Made by a program: the position numbers and the translations under genes | Assembly (NCBI GenBank): GCA_964016885.1 | Contig: OZ024743.1 | Span: 308,698,001 to 308,762,000 of the forward strand | DNA length: 64,000 nucleotides | Source: Eledone cirrhosa | Taxonomy: Eukaryota | Reading direction: 5' to 3' | Notes under the pieces: generated by a model | The model's database searches: none | What the model was told of the DNA's origin: nothing | Seen by the model: the letters and a program-made list of their open reading frames with translations, nothing else | In this document: piece by piece, positions 26,905-41,381 of the stretch | Layout: every line of letters starts with the position of its first letter | How positions within the stretch are numbered: position 1 is the stretch's first letter

Positions 26905-26922
26905 AGGCCAATTAGAAATAAT

Positions 26923-29900
26923 CTACTTACCTCAGAATTAAGAGCGACAACCCCCCCCCCCCAAAAAAAAAAAGCAACTTAATACTTTCAAGCGATTGAA
27001 AGGCCAAACAATGTGTATAAAGATTATACGCATTATTTAGCCTTCCAATCATTTGAAATTATTACGCCCCACCCTCCAAACGCAATCCAAAACTTCAGAG
27101 TTGGTACCTTGAATGTAGGCACCTTAAAGGGTCGCTCTAACGAGGTTGTAGAAATGCTTGAACGTAAGGAGGTCGATGTTTGTTGTATTCAAGAGACCAG
27201 GTGGAGAGGAGGGTCTGCTAGATTCATCGTGGGGAAATGACAATGGGCTGGGTGGAGTAGGAATCATGGTAGCAGAAAAGTGGGCAGATAAGATAATAGA
27301 CGTAAATAGAGTGAACGACAGATTAATTAAAATAAGACTTGTCCTCAATAGAACTACGGTGACAGTAATATCTGCGCACGCACCCCAATCCGGACTGCCC
27401 GGCACTATAAAAGACAGATTCTATGAGACACTGATGCTCGCTACCTCCCAAATAACCGACAGTGACTATATAATTATTGCAGGCGACCTAAATGGTCACG
27501 TTGGACAACATTGTGACGGCTATGACGGAATCCATGGAGGCTATGGGTTCGGTACTAGAAATGAGGAAGGCTCCAGAATCCTTGAATTCTGTGACGCAAA
27601 TAACCTAACTATCTGTAACACCAACTTCAAAAAACGAGACAATCACTTGATCACCTATAGATCGGGGGAACACACAAGCCAGGTAGATTATATCCTTACC
27701 AGAAGACGTGACAGAGTGTCTGTTGTAAACACTAAATCCCTCCCCCATGAAGAATTCACCTCCCAACATAGACTGCTAATTAGCGACCTCATAGTCAGGA
27801 CGAGACGTACTAGACAACAGAAGAGGACTATCCTCAGGAGAAAAATATGGAAGCTAAAGGACCCACAGCCAGAAATAAATTTCAAAGCATGTTACTTGAT
27901 GCTTTCGACAGTAAGGAAGAGCAATTAGAGTCAGATAATATAGAGGAACAGTGGGAATTCCTGAAAGCAAACCTGCTGACGGCGGCAGACGAAGTCTGTG
28001 GCTGGAGCAGGCCTGTAGGTAGGAGGAGAGTAACATGGTGGTGGAACAGTAAGGTGGAGGAGTCAATTAAGGGCAAAAAGCAGGCTTGGAAAGTATGGCG
28101 GGATGGGGGAAGTAGAGAAGACTATCAAGTGGCCAGGAGGGAAGCTAGGAGACAAGTGTACTTCGCAAGAAGGGAAGCAGAGGAAAGAAAGTTCAAGCAT
28201 GTTCTACAACGTGAGGACCAAAAACGTGAGGTGTTCAGGATTGCTAGGCAATGTGTCAAGGAAAACCGTGATATTGTCTGGGAGAAGTGTGGTCTTAATG
28301 ATGATGGCGTACTTGCCATCACTGACGCTGATAAGAAGGTAGCTTGGAAGTGTCACTACGAAAGGCTTCTAAATGAGGAGAATAAATGGGAGAAAGACAG
28401 TCTCCCCCACATCGACCCAATAGAGGGACCGGCAGTGTTAGTCGAAGGTAGTATAATAAGTAAGGCAATCAAAGATATGAAGATGGGTAAGGCGGCTGGG
28501 CCTTCGGAAATAGTTGCTGAGATGCTGAAAGCCTCTGAAACGGTGGGACACACCATGGTCACCCGGATAGTAAACCAAGTCATACAGAATGGGGTTGTTC
28601 CGAAGGACTGGCGTAGCAGCATCATCATTAACTGTTACAAGGGTAAAGGAGATGCCCTAGATAGGAGTAACTATAGAGGCATTAAATTAATCGACCAGGT
28701 CATGAAGGTCACGGAAAAAGTAATAGCGCAACTAATCAGAGAGAGAATTGATCTAGATGAAATGCAGTTCGGTTTTGTGTCAGGCAAAAGTACCACAGAC
28801 GCTCTTTTCATTGTACGACAACTACAGGAGAAGTACCTAGCTAAAAGTAAACCCCTATACTTAGCTTTTGTTGACTTGGAGAAAGCCTTCGACAGAGTCC
28901 CCCGTTCCATTATCTGGTGGGCTCTTAGAAAACTAGGTGTTGACGAATGGCTTGTGAGAGCTATACAAGCCATGTATAAAGAAACGGTCAGAAAGGTTAG
29001 AATTAACAACGAATATAGTGAAGAGTTTAGTGTAAAAGTTGGTGTTCATAAGGGCTCTGTTCTTAGCCCCTGACTATTTATTATTGCCCTTCAGGCTATA
29101 ACAGTGGAGTTCAAGACCGGCTGCCCATGGGAACTCCTATACGCAGATGATCTAACGCTCATAGCTGAATCAATGGCCGAGCTAGAGAAGAAATTCCAAA
29201 CATGGAAGCACGGCCTAGAATCAAAAGGCCTTAAAATTAACCTGGCTAAGACTAAAGTTCTAGTTTGTAGGAAAGAAAATAAGGCGACGGTCCCTTCCGG
29301 GAAATGACCATGCTCAGTGTGTAGGAAAGGCGTAGGTAGAAACTACATTTTATGCCCCAAATGCAAAGTATAGGTGCATAAAAGATGTAGTGGGATCACA
29401 GGTAAGCTAACTAAGAACATAGATTTTACATGTGGCCGGTGCTCTGGTGCAATAAGTAGCAGCAAGTGCCCACAAAATACTAGCTCTTTCAATTGCGCAG
29501 AGGGTTCTATAGAAATAGTGGACAGCTTCCGTTACCTGGGTGACAAAATCAGCAGTGGGGGAGGGTGCTCTGAAAGTACAGTAGCTAGAGTCAGAACTGG
29601 ATGGAAAAAGTTCAGAGAGCTTATACCACTATTAGCCGCTAAAGGGTTCTCCCTAAAAATGAAAGGCAGGTTGTATGATGCCTGCATACGAACAGCAATG
29701 TTGCATGGCAGTGAGACCTGGGCATTGTGTGCAGAGGATATATGCAGACTATAGAGGAACGAAGCTTGCATGCTCCGCTGGATGTGTAATAGTAATATAC
29801 GTGAACGGCAAAGCATAAGCGAACTAAGGAAAAAATTAGAAATAAGAGGGATCAGATGTTGTTTACTCGAGAGAAGGCTACGTTGGTATGGTCACGTGAT

Positions 29901-30483
29901 GCGCATGAAAGACGACAGCTGTATAACAAAGTGCAGGGCAATAAAGATAGACGGTAGCTACGGAGTAGGCAGACCCAGAAAAACCTGGGACGAGCTGATA
30001 AATTCCGACCTCACACACTTACACCTCTCCAAGATAATGTCACTGGACCGAGACCTTTGGCGGTACTCAGTAATAGAGAAGACCCGCCTTACCTAAATAC
30101 AAAGTAAAACCTACTACAGTCAGTAGGCATCTCTAACAAAATACACCCCGTCCCACCACCCCCACCCCAACCACACCGCCCCTTTCAATGTAAAGTTATG
30201 TTGGTGCCACAACATCCAGGCCGAAACAAATGAGATCGTGTAGGTGTCACAACAAAAAAACACACAGTCCACGCTGTAATGTGGCCGTGTAGGCAACACG
30301 GTAAAAACCTCCCAGCCCCACACTGTAAATGTGGTTGGTGTTGGGAAGGGCATCCAGCTGTAGAAAACCCGCCAGACAGTCCTATGCGAGCAAGACAATC
30401 ACTCTTGCCTCAAGTGAGAAAACTCCCGTCCAAACCCATGCAAGCGTGGAAGATGGACATTAAACGATGATGATGATGATGAT
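26923..30483 (+). mobile_element. RTE-type LINE family B, near full length, with stops and frameshifts
   Basis: Single EN+RT frame in pieces 27013-30096: RVGTLNVGTLKGR, IAGDLNGHVG, SQVDYIL, AFVDLEKAFDRV, LLYADD, FRYLG. Ends in (GAT)n. The 5' boundary is approximate. Confidence 0.93.
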
Positions 30484-31765
30484 ATATAGAGTAATGTGAA
30501 TGCTAAAGGGTTAAACTATAGATTGCTGCATAGTCTTTAAAAATATATGTACGAACAATATCTATATACATTCTACAAAAGTGTTGAATATGAAGGAGGT
30601 AAATGGCATGCAGTAAGATTAACTTCTTTTATGTGTTTGGCAATCTCTTTAAGTTTAGGATTCAATGTGAAGCACATTTGCATCTAGTGGGAAGACAGAA
30701 TTGATAAATATCTATCTGGTTTAATTGAAGAACTAGGCAGATGAATTCATGTATTTGGTATTTGTGTAATGTTATGGCATGAGTGATTAGGCTGTGATCT
30801 TGGATGCAATGGCAGCAGGGAATACTATTGTTTGAATTATTCATGGAATATTTTTAGACAATTGCTATCATGAGTCTTCAACTTATTCTTTTCTTTGTTT
30901 TTGTTGTTGTTCACAATATATCAGCATTGATATTTGTCATTCTTTGGTAGCAGCAGTTAGGTCATGTGCTGAGGAAGGATGAAAGTGATTTGGTGAAAGG
31001 AGTGATGGAAATGAATGTGGAAGGAAGTAGAGGAGGGGTAACCTAGACAGACTTGATTAAATATGTTGGAGGAGGAAATGAAAGCCATTGGGTTGTTGAA
31101 GGGAGGATGCAATATGATAAAATAGAGAAGCTTGTCATATGTCCCAAGCAAGCCTAACCACTATTTTTGCAATGAAAGTTTAGCATTTAAACTTTCTGTT
31201 CAAACTGGCTGTAACCGGCTGCTTGTACTGAAAATAAATACTATCAAAATCTCATAGATTCGATATTATGTGAGATAATTATGTGAGGTTAAGTGTTTAC
31301 TGTGAAAATACTATAGTAAATATAGAGTAATATAAATGCTAAAATTTTAAAACACTTGTTGGGGTCAACCAGGGGTCAAGTTTGGTTGCACTGTTACAGC
31401 ATGTTTTAACTTAAATAATTACCTGATCTGCCATAACATACCTTTTAATTTAGTCTAACCACAGAATATTGCTAGTAGAGGATGGTGGGTGGAGAATAAA
31501 AAGGTGCAGACATGTTTGTGTGGCTAAAGAGTTCATTTCACAACCACAGGGTTTCATGCTTAGTCCCACTTCATTAGCAAGACATTCTTCATGGTATAAA
31601 CTTCATGGTATAAAATTTTGTAGAAGGAAATTGTGTAAAAGTTTGTGTGTGTCTTTACTGTTTATAGCCTGTAACTTAGCAGTTCACCAAAAGTAGATCA
31701 ATAAAATAAATTTCTTGAAACAACTAAATATTGGTCAATATAATTGACTAAATCCTTTCAAAGAA

Positions 31766-33199
31766 GTGCCTCATCATGGCCTCAGTCTAATGACTGAAAC
31801 TAGTAAAAGAGTGTGGTGCTTCAGTCTAATGACTGAAACCAGCAAAAGAGTGTGGTGCCCCAGCATGGCCTCAGTCTAGTAACTGAAACCAGCAAAAGCG
31901 TGTGGTGCCCCAGCATGGCCTCAGTCTAATGACTGAAACCAGCAAAAGAGTGTGGTGCCCCAGCATGGCCTCAGTCTAATGACTGAAACCAGCAAAAGAG
32001 TGTGGTGCCCCAGCATGGCCTCAGTCTAGTAACTGAAACCAGCAAAAGCGTGTGGTGCCCCAGCATGGCCTCAGTCTAATGACTGAAACCAGCAAAAGAG
32101 TGTGGTGCCCCAGCATGGCCTCAGTCTAATGACTGAAACCAGCAAAAGAGTGTGGTGCCCCAGCATGGCCTCAGTCTAATGACTGAAACCAGCAAAAGAG
32201 TGTGGTGCCCCAGCATGGCCTCAGTCTAGTAACTGAAACCAGCAAAAGCGTGTGGTGCCCCAGCATGGCCTCAGTCTAATGACTGAAACCAGCAAAATAG
32301 TGTGGTGCCCCAGCATGGCCTCAGTCTAATGACTGAAACCAGCAAAAGAGTGTGGTGCCCCAGCATGGCCTCGGTCGAATGACTGAAACCAGCAAAAGAG
32401 TGTGGTGCCTCAGCATGGCCTCAGTCTAATGACTGAAACCAGCAAAAGAGTGTGGCACCCCAGCATGGCCTCAGTCTAATGACTGAAACCAGCAAAAGAG
32501 TGTGGTGCCCCAGCATGGCCTCAGTCTAGTAACTGAAACCAGCAAAAGCGTGTGGTGCCCCAACATGGCCTCAGTCTAATGACTGAAACCAGCAAAAGCG
32601 TGTGGTGCCCCAGCATGGCCTCAGTCTAATGACTGAAACCAGCAAAAGAGTGTGGTGCCCCAGCATGGCCTCGGTCTAATGACTGAAACTAGTAAAAGCG
32701 TGTGGTGCCCCAACATGGCCTCAGTCTAATGACTGAAACCAGCAAAAGCATGTGGTGCCCCAGCATGGCCTCAGTCTAATGACTGAAACCAGCAAAAGAG
32801 TGTGGTGCCCCAGCATGGCCTCGGTCTAATGACTGAAACTAGTAAAAGAGTGTGGTGCCCCAGCATGGCCTTAGTCTAGTAACTGAAACCAGCAAAAGAG
32901 TGTGGCACCCCAGCATTGCCTCAGTCTAATTAGTGAAACCAGCAAAAGAGTGTGGTGCCCCAGCATGGCCTTAGTCTAGTAACTGAAACCAGCAAAAGAG
33001 TGTGGTGCCTCAGCATGGCCTCAGTCTAATGACTGAAACCAGCAAAAGAGTGTGGCACCCCAGCATGGCCTCAGTCTAGTAACTGAAACCAGCAAAAGAG
33101 TGTGGTGCCCCAGCATTGCCTCAGTCTAATGACTGAAACCAGCAAAAGAGTGTGGCACCCCAGCATGGCCTCAGTCTAATGACTGAAACCAGCAAAAGA
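31766..33199 (+). repeat. 50-bp minisatellite, about 29 copies
   Basis: Unit gtgccccagcatggcctcagtctaatgactgaaaccagcaaaagagtgtg, head to tail with no spacers, ending in an A-rich tail. Confidence 0.96.
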
Positions 33200-33955
33200 A
33201 TAAAATAATAATAAAAAAAAAAACTGAAAACTGTCTATTCAGAAATGACATTTCCTGTTAAATTGTGTTTTTTTTTTTTTTTTTTTTTTGCATTAAATTG
33301 TGTTGGGAATAAAAGTCTCCAGACTTTTGATCTGTGAGATTAAAGTCAATGGAGTGGGGACTTCTTTAAGAATCTTATCTTAATTAAAGGTGTTGTTGTA
33401 ATAAAATACTGGGGGTGGTGGGGCAATGAAGTAAGAGGTGAAAAGGAGGGGGTAAAATACATAATTAATTGGCATGATGGTAAAGGTATCTAATCAGTTC
33501 AGTTTGGTGGTGTGCTAGTGTGTTCGTATTTTAATCTGACATAGTATTTATCTTTAGTTGGAATACATTTCTTTTATTTCTTTGGCTCTGACTGTCACAC
33601 TTTGACATACACTAAGAACTCAAACAAATAGTTCAGTTCTAACATCTGTGTCCACTGCAAAAGAAAAAAGATAAAATAAGCTGCAATTTTTTCCTTTTTT
33701 TTTAAGAAGTTTGGATTTGACCTAAACAAAAGATAACATTCTGATTTCTGTCTTGGAACAAACTGTTAATTCTAAGTTGCAATATTATGATAGGCTGTTG
33801 GACTCCTGATCATATGGTTTGAGCCCTTGGCTAGGCAGCTTGTTATGTTCTTGAGTATGACCCTTCATTTCACATTAAAATACACGAGAAACCTTGTTAG
33901 AGACCAGCTAAACCTACACCGGTATGAGCTGTAAATTTCATTTCATTCATTTTAA

Positions 33956-34160
33956 CCTTTTAGTATTTAAACCAGCCATATTTGGCCAGAATTCTTTCAC
34001 CTCTTTCTGTTCAAACTGGCTGTATCTGGCTACACATACTTATGTTAAAGTATTGTTCTTAAAATAAATATCAAAATCTCATAGATTCGATATTATGTGA
34101 GGTAAAGCCTTTATTGTAAAAATATAATAGTAAATATAAAGTAATGTAAATGCTAAAAGG
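33956..34160. mobile_element. TTAA-flanked MITE (piggyBac-like ends)
   Basis: TTAA at 33952-33955 and 34161-34164. TIRs CCTTTTAGTATTTA and TAAATGCTAAAAGG match at 13/14. Related pieces at about 31178-31345 and 30485-30514. Confidence 0.72.
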
Positions 34161-35661
34161 TTAAGATGCAACATTGAAGCTGAAATTATCACACTCATTT
34201 AAAGTTGTTTCTTCTATGCTGGCATAGGTTCAATGGATTGTTACGGTACTTAAATAGAGTCACTGACTTATTAGATGGGGCTAGAATATTTTACTGACAC
34301 ATGTTCCAGTTTTAGTATGGTTTCTACAATTGGATACCCTTCCTAATGCCAGCCACTATAGAGTGCACTGGGTGTATTTTATCATGGTACCACCAGACAA
34401 GATTTTGTCATGTTTTTGACACTTCTGAAAAGTTCTCTCAGCCCTTTGTCTAACATGGTTTCTATGGCTGGATACCCCTTCCTAACACTAACCACTTTAC
34501 AGAGTCTAGTGTAATTGTTAAGTTGTAAATACATCACTGTTATATAGATTGTTCTACAAAGGTCATCTGAAAAGTTAATTGACTGACCAAGATACTCTCA
34601 TGGAAAGATGCAATGTAGTTATTAAGAAGAGTTGGAATTAATGCATGCGAAATTTCACTGCTCTAGCATCACTTCTTCATAATAAGCCTATGAACCTTTC
34701 AGCCACCCTTGTATTTAACTATAGGTTCTGTTGAATTATAGACTACTATTTAACTATAGTTTGTACTAGTTAACTGTAGTTTGTCTTGGTTAACTATATA
34801 TTGAACAATTTAATTATAGATTGTACTATTTAATTCTTGATAGTAAAACACGCAAAACCAGCTCTGATTCAATGATACAGTACTATTTATTTAAAGTGTT
34901 TATGTTTATCTAAAGCACCTTTGTCTTATTTCTATGTAAGAAACTTTAAGTTTTATTTCAAACACCAGTTTGATAATGAGTTATCAAGTCCTTACAAATC
35001 CTTGATTTTTTTTTTCTTTTTTTTTTTTTCTCCCAAAATTATTTGAAAATCTGTGTTTTTTTTTATTAGAAATATGGTAACAAAAGTATTTGGATTTGTA
35101 TAAAAACCTTTCATCACAATTTCTGTTCCAAATAGCTGCTCAATATTGAAAAAGCAAGAGTGATAAAATAAGTGATGAGTAGGTGTATGACAATTATGGT
35201 GAGATAAGGTAGAAAGGAGGGTGTGGAAGATAGTGGGGTTTATGCTAAGAACAGATATTAGGGAGTTAAGACTGGTGTGTTAGGATTTTTATTTATCCAA
35301 AACTCTTTCATTACAATGTTTAATAATAAGAAAGTTAGATACATGAATAAATCTTTCCAAATTCTTCATTATTTCCAAAATTATTTGAAAATCATAGTCA
35401 ATATCTTTCCTTAGAAACATATTAATATAACAGTTAGTTTTGATTTATATATCTTAATGATTAAATGTCAAACATTTTGTGTCTGTTAAATGAAATGTTC
35501 AACAGAGCTTCAACATTCTTCAGTTGCTATTATTAATAGAGTAGACAGTAAAGTAATTAATACAGTGCTCATTGGAGTAAACTGTTAATCTTGAAATCTA
35601 CTACACAGAAACATGGAGTTGAACATACCAACTTGTTGTCTTTAATATTGCATACTTATAA

Positions 35662-35897
35662 GATCATGACAACCATCACCATGATCAGCGTCAACACCAC
35701 CATCATCACCACCACCACCACCACCAACACTATCATCATCAACATCACTAGCAATCCCACCATCACTAACAACAACAATACCACCTTCACCACCACCAAC
35801 AACAAACCATATTAACACCACCACCATTATCACCAGCAACATCATCACCGTCATCACCATAGACACCAGCATTATCTCCAGCATCACCATCATCATT
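35662..35897. repeat. Degenerate (CAC/CAT/CAA)n trinucleotide tract
   Basis: Read directly. It adjoins an old SINE/LINE tail, so it is probably an expanded (GAT)n tail. Confidence 0.8.
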
Positions 35898-37570
35898 ATT
35901 ATTTTATGTCAGCTTTTCCATACTGGCATGGGTTGTATGGGTCCATTATAAATCAAATCAGTCCACTGTCCCCCTGGATAGGTTGTGGGGAGGGGACTTA
36001 GTCTTGCTTAAATACATTCTATTTTGGTCTAGCTTTTACAGCTGGATGTCTATGTAGGTCAGAGGGCTGTCTTGTTTAAATACATTCTGTTTTGTCATGT
36101 TTTCTACAGCTGGATGCCCATCCTAATGCCAACAACTTTACAGTCTATATGAATAACAATTGATTATCTAGACACAAAACTTAGTTTTAGCAGAAGATAA
36201 AGAAGTTGAGATGTCCAAAGGACACATCAATTAGTCATTTTAATCTAAGACTAAAGTATGAAAGAAATGTTTATTTGGATAAAATAAGAGAAAGAGTAGA
36301 AAAATGGTAGGAAAATTATTTATGGCTCTTTTGAAACTTAACATTCTGTAAAGATTTAGCAAAAAATGTTATAAAATTGGTGTTTATTCAAATGTTTATA
36401 GTATCTTTACTAGTAAGCAGATCTTTGAGAAAATTAGCAGTATTGCATTTTTTTTAATATGATGTAAATATTTGTGTTAAAAATATTGTATATGCATAGT
36501 TGTTGATTTATTGCATTTTAATTAAAAACTCAGGTGCATTAAAAATATGATAGAATATTCAGTAAAAGACAGTTATAAATACATCTCCAATTATCTCTGA
36601 AAACAAAATATTCTTATCAGTTATTAATTCATTGATTAAATTGTTGCCATTTGTTATCTTTGATAAAATATTTATAAACTATTTAAAATAAAAAAAAAAT
36701 ATTAGAAAAAAGCCAAATAAATAGTTGATAAAATTCGATAAAATTCACCAATATTTGCGACATTTTTCTATTGGAAAATCAAAATAAGCAAGTTGCCTAC
36801 TTCCTTTATAATGTATAAGCAGTGGCCAATGACAACATCTTTTTCTGTCTAAGAATCTTCACTCTTTTTTATAAGCTATTTTATAGCATTTCCATGCAAG
36901 AGCACACCACTCTTTATATAAATGTTAATTTTATTTTTTGCAGTTCAGATTTTCTTATTGATATGGTGCAGTACAGAATCATGTCGTAAAATATGTTAAG
37001 ACTTAAATAGCATGAGAAAATACCTAAAAATAAGTTTTTTTAAAAATTCAGATGTTTATAGTTGATAAATTTCAATTAAAGATAAACTTTTTAATGTAGT
37101 AGAGTTATAATGCTGTCTGATGCTTTTTAAAGAATATTTTTTTCTAATGCAGTTTCCTGTGGTAGATGATATTAAAGTTTAAAATCACTTCATATTTCTT
37201 GGTGAAAGTCTCTTGGTGAAACTTTAGATGAAGTCCCAATTTTTAAATAACAAAAATATAATTATTAGCAAGATTACTACTGTTACTTTCTATTTATTAA
37301 GTAGGCAGTAATTATTAGATTGTTTTTGTAATTTAAGTCATGGCTTTAACTACTTTTGACCATATATCTCATGAAATACACATATGTATATTTACTAACT
37401 CTTAATATCCTATAATATTTAGCAGAAAATATCTAAAAATGGGTATGTTAATTCAGATGCCTGTAGTATTTTTACTAGTGGACAGATTGTTGTGAGAGTT
37501 TGCAGTATTTGACTAAAAATTAGTTTTTAATGTGGTGTAGTCATAGTGCTGTTTTGTACTTTTCAAGAAC

Positions 37571-40500
37571 TTTCCCTCTTCACCCATTCCTCCTCACTCA
37601 TCTTGAAGTTATTGAAGAGATAAGACACACTCTACCCTGAAAGGCTAAAATGAATCACGAGTTGATTTAGCTACATTCCAGCCATCCATCCATACAAATC
37701 TTGTCAGGTATTTCAGCTACCACAACACATTTATTTTGTTATCCTCATTTTCCCCTACCATGCGGACTCTCTGTCTATTTTTCCATCAAAGGCTACAGGC
37801 CATGACTGGCTATTATTGTTGCTGTATTCTATCAGCTACTTTGCCATGCTGTATTCTATCTGTTAGTTTGTTAGCCTTGACGGCGACCCTCTCTCTATGA
37901 TGGCTACCCTCTCTCTATATCTCTCTCTATGATGGCTACCCTCTCTCTATCTCTCTCTATCTATCTATCTCTAAGCCACCTATTACCTCCCGTTCCCTCT
38001 TCACCCATTCCTCCTCACTCATCTTGAAGTTATTCTATCGGTTAGTTTGTTAGCCTTGATGGCGACCCTCACTGCCTACCTCACAATTCCCCCCCCCCCC
38101 CCCCTCACACCACCATAGCCTATTCGACCAATCAAACCTCAGCATGCCATTTCTCCTACTACTACTACTACCTAACTCTCTCCTCCCCCATCCCAGCCCA
38201 ACACACCCTGCCATTATTACCACCACCACTGTTCTTCTAGCCCTGAATTTTCCTACCGTTATGTATGGATGAGCTGAGAATAAATTGGAGCAACTCTGAA
38301 TTAATAGATGAAATGAATATGAATCCGCGAGCTACCAAGCACCCATGTGAAGCCCCAATCCAGAGAGAGGAAGCACACACACACCCTTGCAAAAATCGAC
38401 CCTTCCCTACGAGTGTCGACAAATGCCCAAAACTCCGAGTTGGTACCATCAATGTAAGCACAATGAAAGGAAGAGCAAGAGAAATCATAGAAATGCTAGA
38501 GCGAAAGGAAATTGATGTATGCTGTGTGCAAGAGACTAGATGGAGAGGAGAGTCTGCTAGAGTCCTTGTAGGAAAAAGTCAGTGCTACATATTTTTCTGG
38601 GTGGGAAATGATGATGGGATGCGTGGTGTAGGTATACTACTAGCTGACAAGTGGGTAGATAAAGTAATCTCAGTGTACAGGGTAAATGCAAGAATCATTA
38701 AACTCAGACTAGTCCTGAATAAAACAATTACCACAATAATATCAGCTTACGTACCCCAATCGGGGTTGCCAGACGAACTTAAGGATAGATTTTACGAGTC
38801 CCTAATGCACACTACTGCTCTAACAAACGACAATGACTTCCTAATCATCGCAGGAGATTTTAACGGACACGTAAGTAAACACTGTGACGGCTTCAATAGA
38901 GTCCATGGAGGCCTTGGGGTTGGCACAAGAAATGAAGAAGGATTCAGACTTCTAGAATTCTGTGACGCCAATGACATGTCGATATGTAACACAAACTTCA
39001 AAAAACCCGACAACCACCTGATCACCTATAGATCAGGGGAGCATTCTAGTCAGATAGATTTTATCCTCATCAGAGGATGTGACAGATGGACGGTCGTAAA
39101 CACAAAAGCCTTCCCTAGTGAGGAATGTACCTCCCAACATAGCTTAGTTGTCAGCGACCTCACGGTCAGAACTAGACGAACCTGGAAACGGAGGCCAACC
39201 TGGAGAAGAAAGATCTGGAAGCTGAAAGACCCCTCAGCCAGTAACAGATTTAAAGATATTTTACTCAACGCCTACGACAGTAGAGAACAGATAGAGACAT
39301 TCAATGTAGAAGAGCACTGGGAGTTCCTAAAAAATAACTTACTAGAGGCGACGGATGAGGTCTGTGGCTGGAGTAAGACCACAAGCAGGAGGAGAGTGAC
39401 TTGGTGGTGGAACAATAAGGTAGATGAGGCAGTTAAGGCCAAGAGACAGGCATAGAAAGAATGGAAGGGTACATTACATAGAGACCAAGAGGGAAGCTAG
39501 GCGACAAGTATACTTAGCTAGAAGGGAAGCAGAGGATAGAAAATTCAAGCATGTTTTGCAACGAGAGGATCAGAAACAGGAGGTGTTCAAGATTGCGAGG
39601 CAGTGTGTCAGAGAGAATTGTGATGTCATTGGAGAGAAGTGTATCCGGAATGATAAAGGTGAGCTTGCCTTCACAAGTGCTGAGAAGAAAGATGCATGGA
39701 AGAGTCATTATGATAGATTACTAAATGAGGAGAATGCATGGGAAGAAGAGACCCTATCCCAAGTAGACCCTATAGAGGGGCCAGCAGTTCAAGTCAGCAG
39801 CAGCGTAGTAAGTAAGGCAATCAAAGATATGAAGATGGGGAAGGCAACCGGTCCATCGGGTATAGCTGCCGAGATGCTGAAGGCATCTGGGTCTGTAGGT
39901 CACACTATAACCACACGTATTGTTAACCAGGTAATACTAGGTGTCATACCAAAAGATTGGTGCAGTAGCATCATTGTCAACTGCTACAAAGGTAAAGGTA
40001 ATGCACTCGATAGAGGAAACTATAGAGGTATAAAGCTGATGGACCAGGTCATGAAAGTAACAGAAAGAGTTATAGCACAGTTGATTAGGGACTGGGTAAA
40101 ACTAGATGAGATGCAATTTGGGTTTGTACCAAGAAGAGGCACCACTGATGCGCTCTTCCAGTTGCAGGAAAAGTACCTAGCTAAAAGTAAGCCACTCTAC
40201 CTGGCATTCGTCGATCTCGAGAAAGCCTTTGACAGAGTTCCACGTGCTGGTGGGCTCTTAGAAAACTAGGAGTAGATGAATGGCTTGTGAAAGCTGTACA
40301 AGCCATGTATAGGGGAGCAGTCAGCAAAGTTAGGATTAGAAATGAGTATAGCGAGGAATTTAGCGTACAGGTTGGTGTCCACCAGGGCTCTGTTCTTAGC
40401 CCTCTCCTGTTCATCATAGTCCTGCAGGCAATAACGGAGGAGTTTAAGACTGGATGCCCATGAGAACTCCTGTATGCTGATGACTTCACACTTATAGCTG

Positions 40501-41381
40501 AATCTATGGTAGAACTAGAGAAGAAATTCCAAACTTGGAAGCAGGGACTAGAAAGAAAGGGTCTCAAAGTCAACATGACAAAGTCTAAGGTCCTTGTAAG
40601 TAGACGAGAAAACAGAACCCAGATCCCCTCAGGGAAATGGCCTTGCTCAGTATGTAGGAAAGGTGTAGGTAGGAATTCCATTCTCTGCCCCAAATGCAAA
40701 CAATGGGTACACAAGAGATGTAGCGGGATCTCGGGAAGCTTAATTAAGAATGTAGGCTTCACATGCAGCAGCTGTACTGGGGCAGCAAACAGCCACAGGA
40801 AACAAGTACCACCAATCTCTGGGAGGGCTCTGTAGAGACAGTAGCCAGCTTCTGCTACCTAGGTGACCGAATTAGCAGCGGAGGTGGGTGTTCAGAAAGT
40901 ACAATAACTAGGGTAAGAACGGGATGGAAGAAGTTCAGAGAGTGGGGAGACCCAAGATGACCTGGTATGAGGTGATAAAAGCCGACCTTACCCAGTTACA
41001 CCTCTCCAAGGCGATGACACACGACCATGACCTCTGGCGTCACGCAGTAATACAGAGTACCCGACCTCCCATGAGTACAAGCTGAAGCATAGAGACAATA
41101 TGCCCCCACACCCTCCCACTGCAAGGTGGTCGTGAAGGTGCCACGGCAAAAATGCACCCAGCCCACACTGTAAAGTGGACGTGTAGGCGCCACGAAAAAG
41201 CACCCAGCACTCACTGTAAATGAGGTTGGTGTTAGGAAGGGCATCCAGCTGTAGAAATCAAGCCAAATCAGTTCCTGTATGAGCAAGGCATGGTCAGCCG
41301 ACCAGACACTGCCCACAACAGGACAACCCGTCTAACCATGCTAGCGTGGAAGAATGGACGTAAAACGGTGATGATGATGAT
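37571..41381 (+). mobile_element. RTE-type LINE family A, second copy, inverted relative to 21710-25922
   Basis: ORF pieces 38265-40960 are nearly identical to the minus copy. Deletion near 40940. (GAT)n tail at about 41370-41381. Confidence 0.93.

Noticed and set aside
31766-33199. CRISPR array (units contain a hairpin and GAAAC)
   Set aside because: Units are contiguous with no unique spacers, there are no cas genes, and the context is a eukaryotic intron.
31766-33199. Tandem hammerhead ribozymes
   Set aside because: The hairpin is followed by GAAAC, but no CUGANGA box precedes it.
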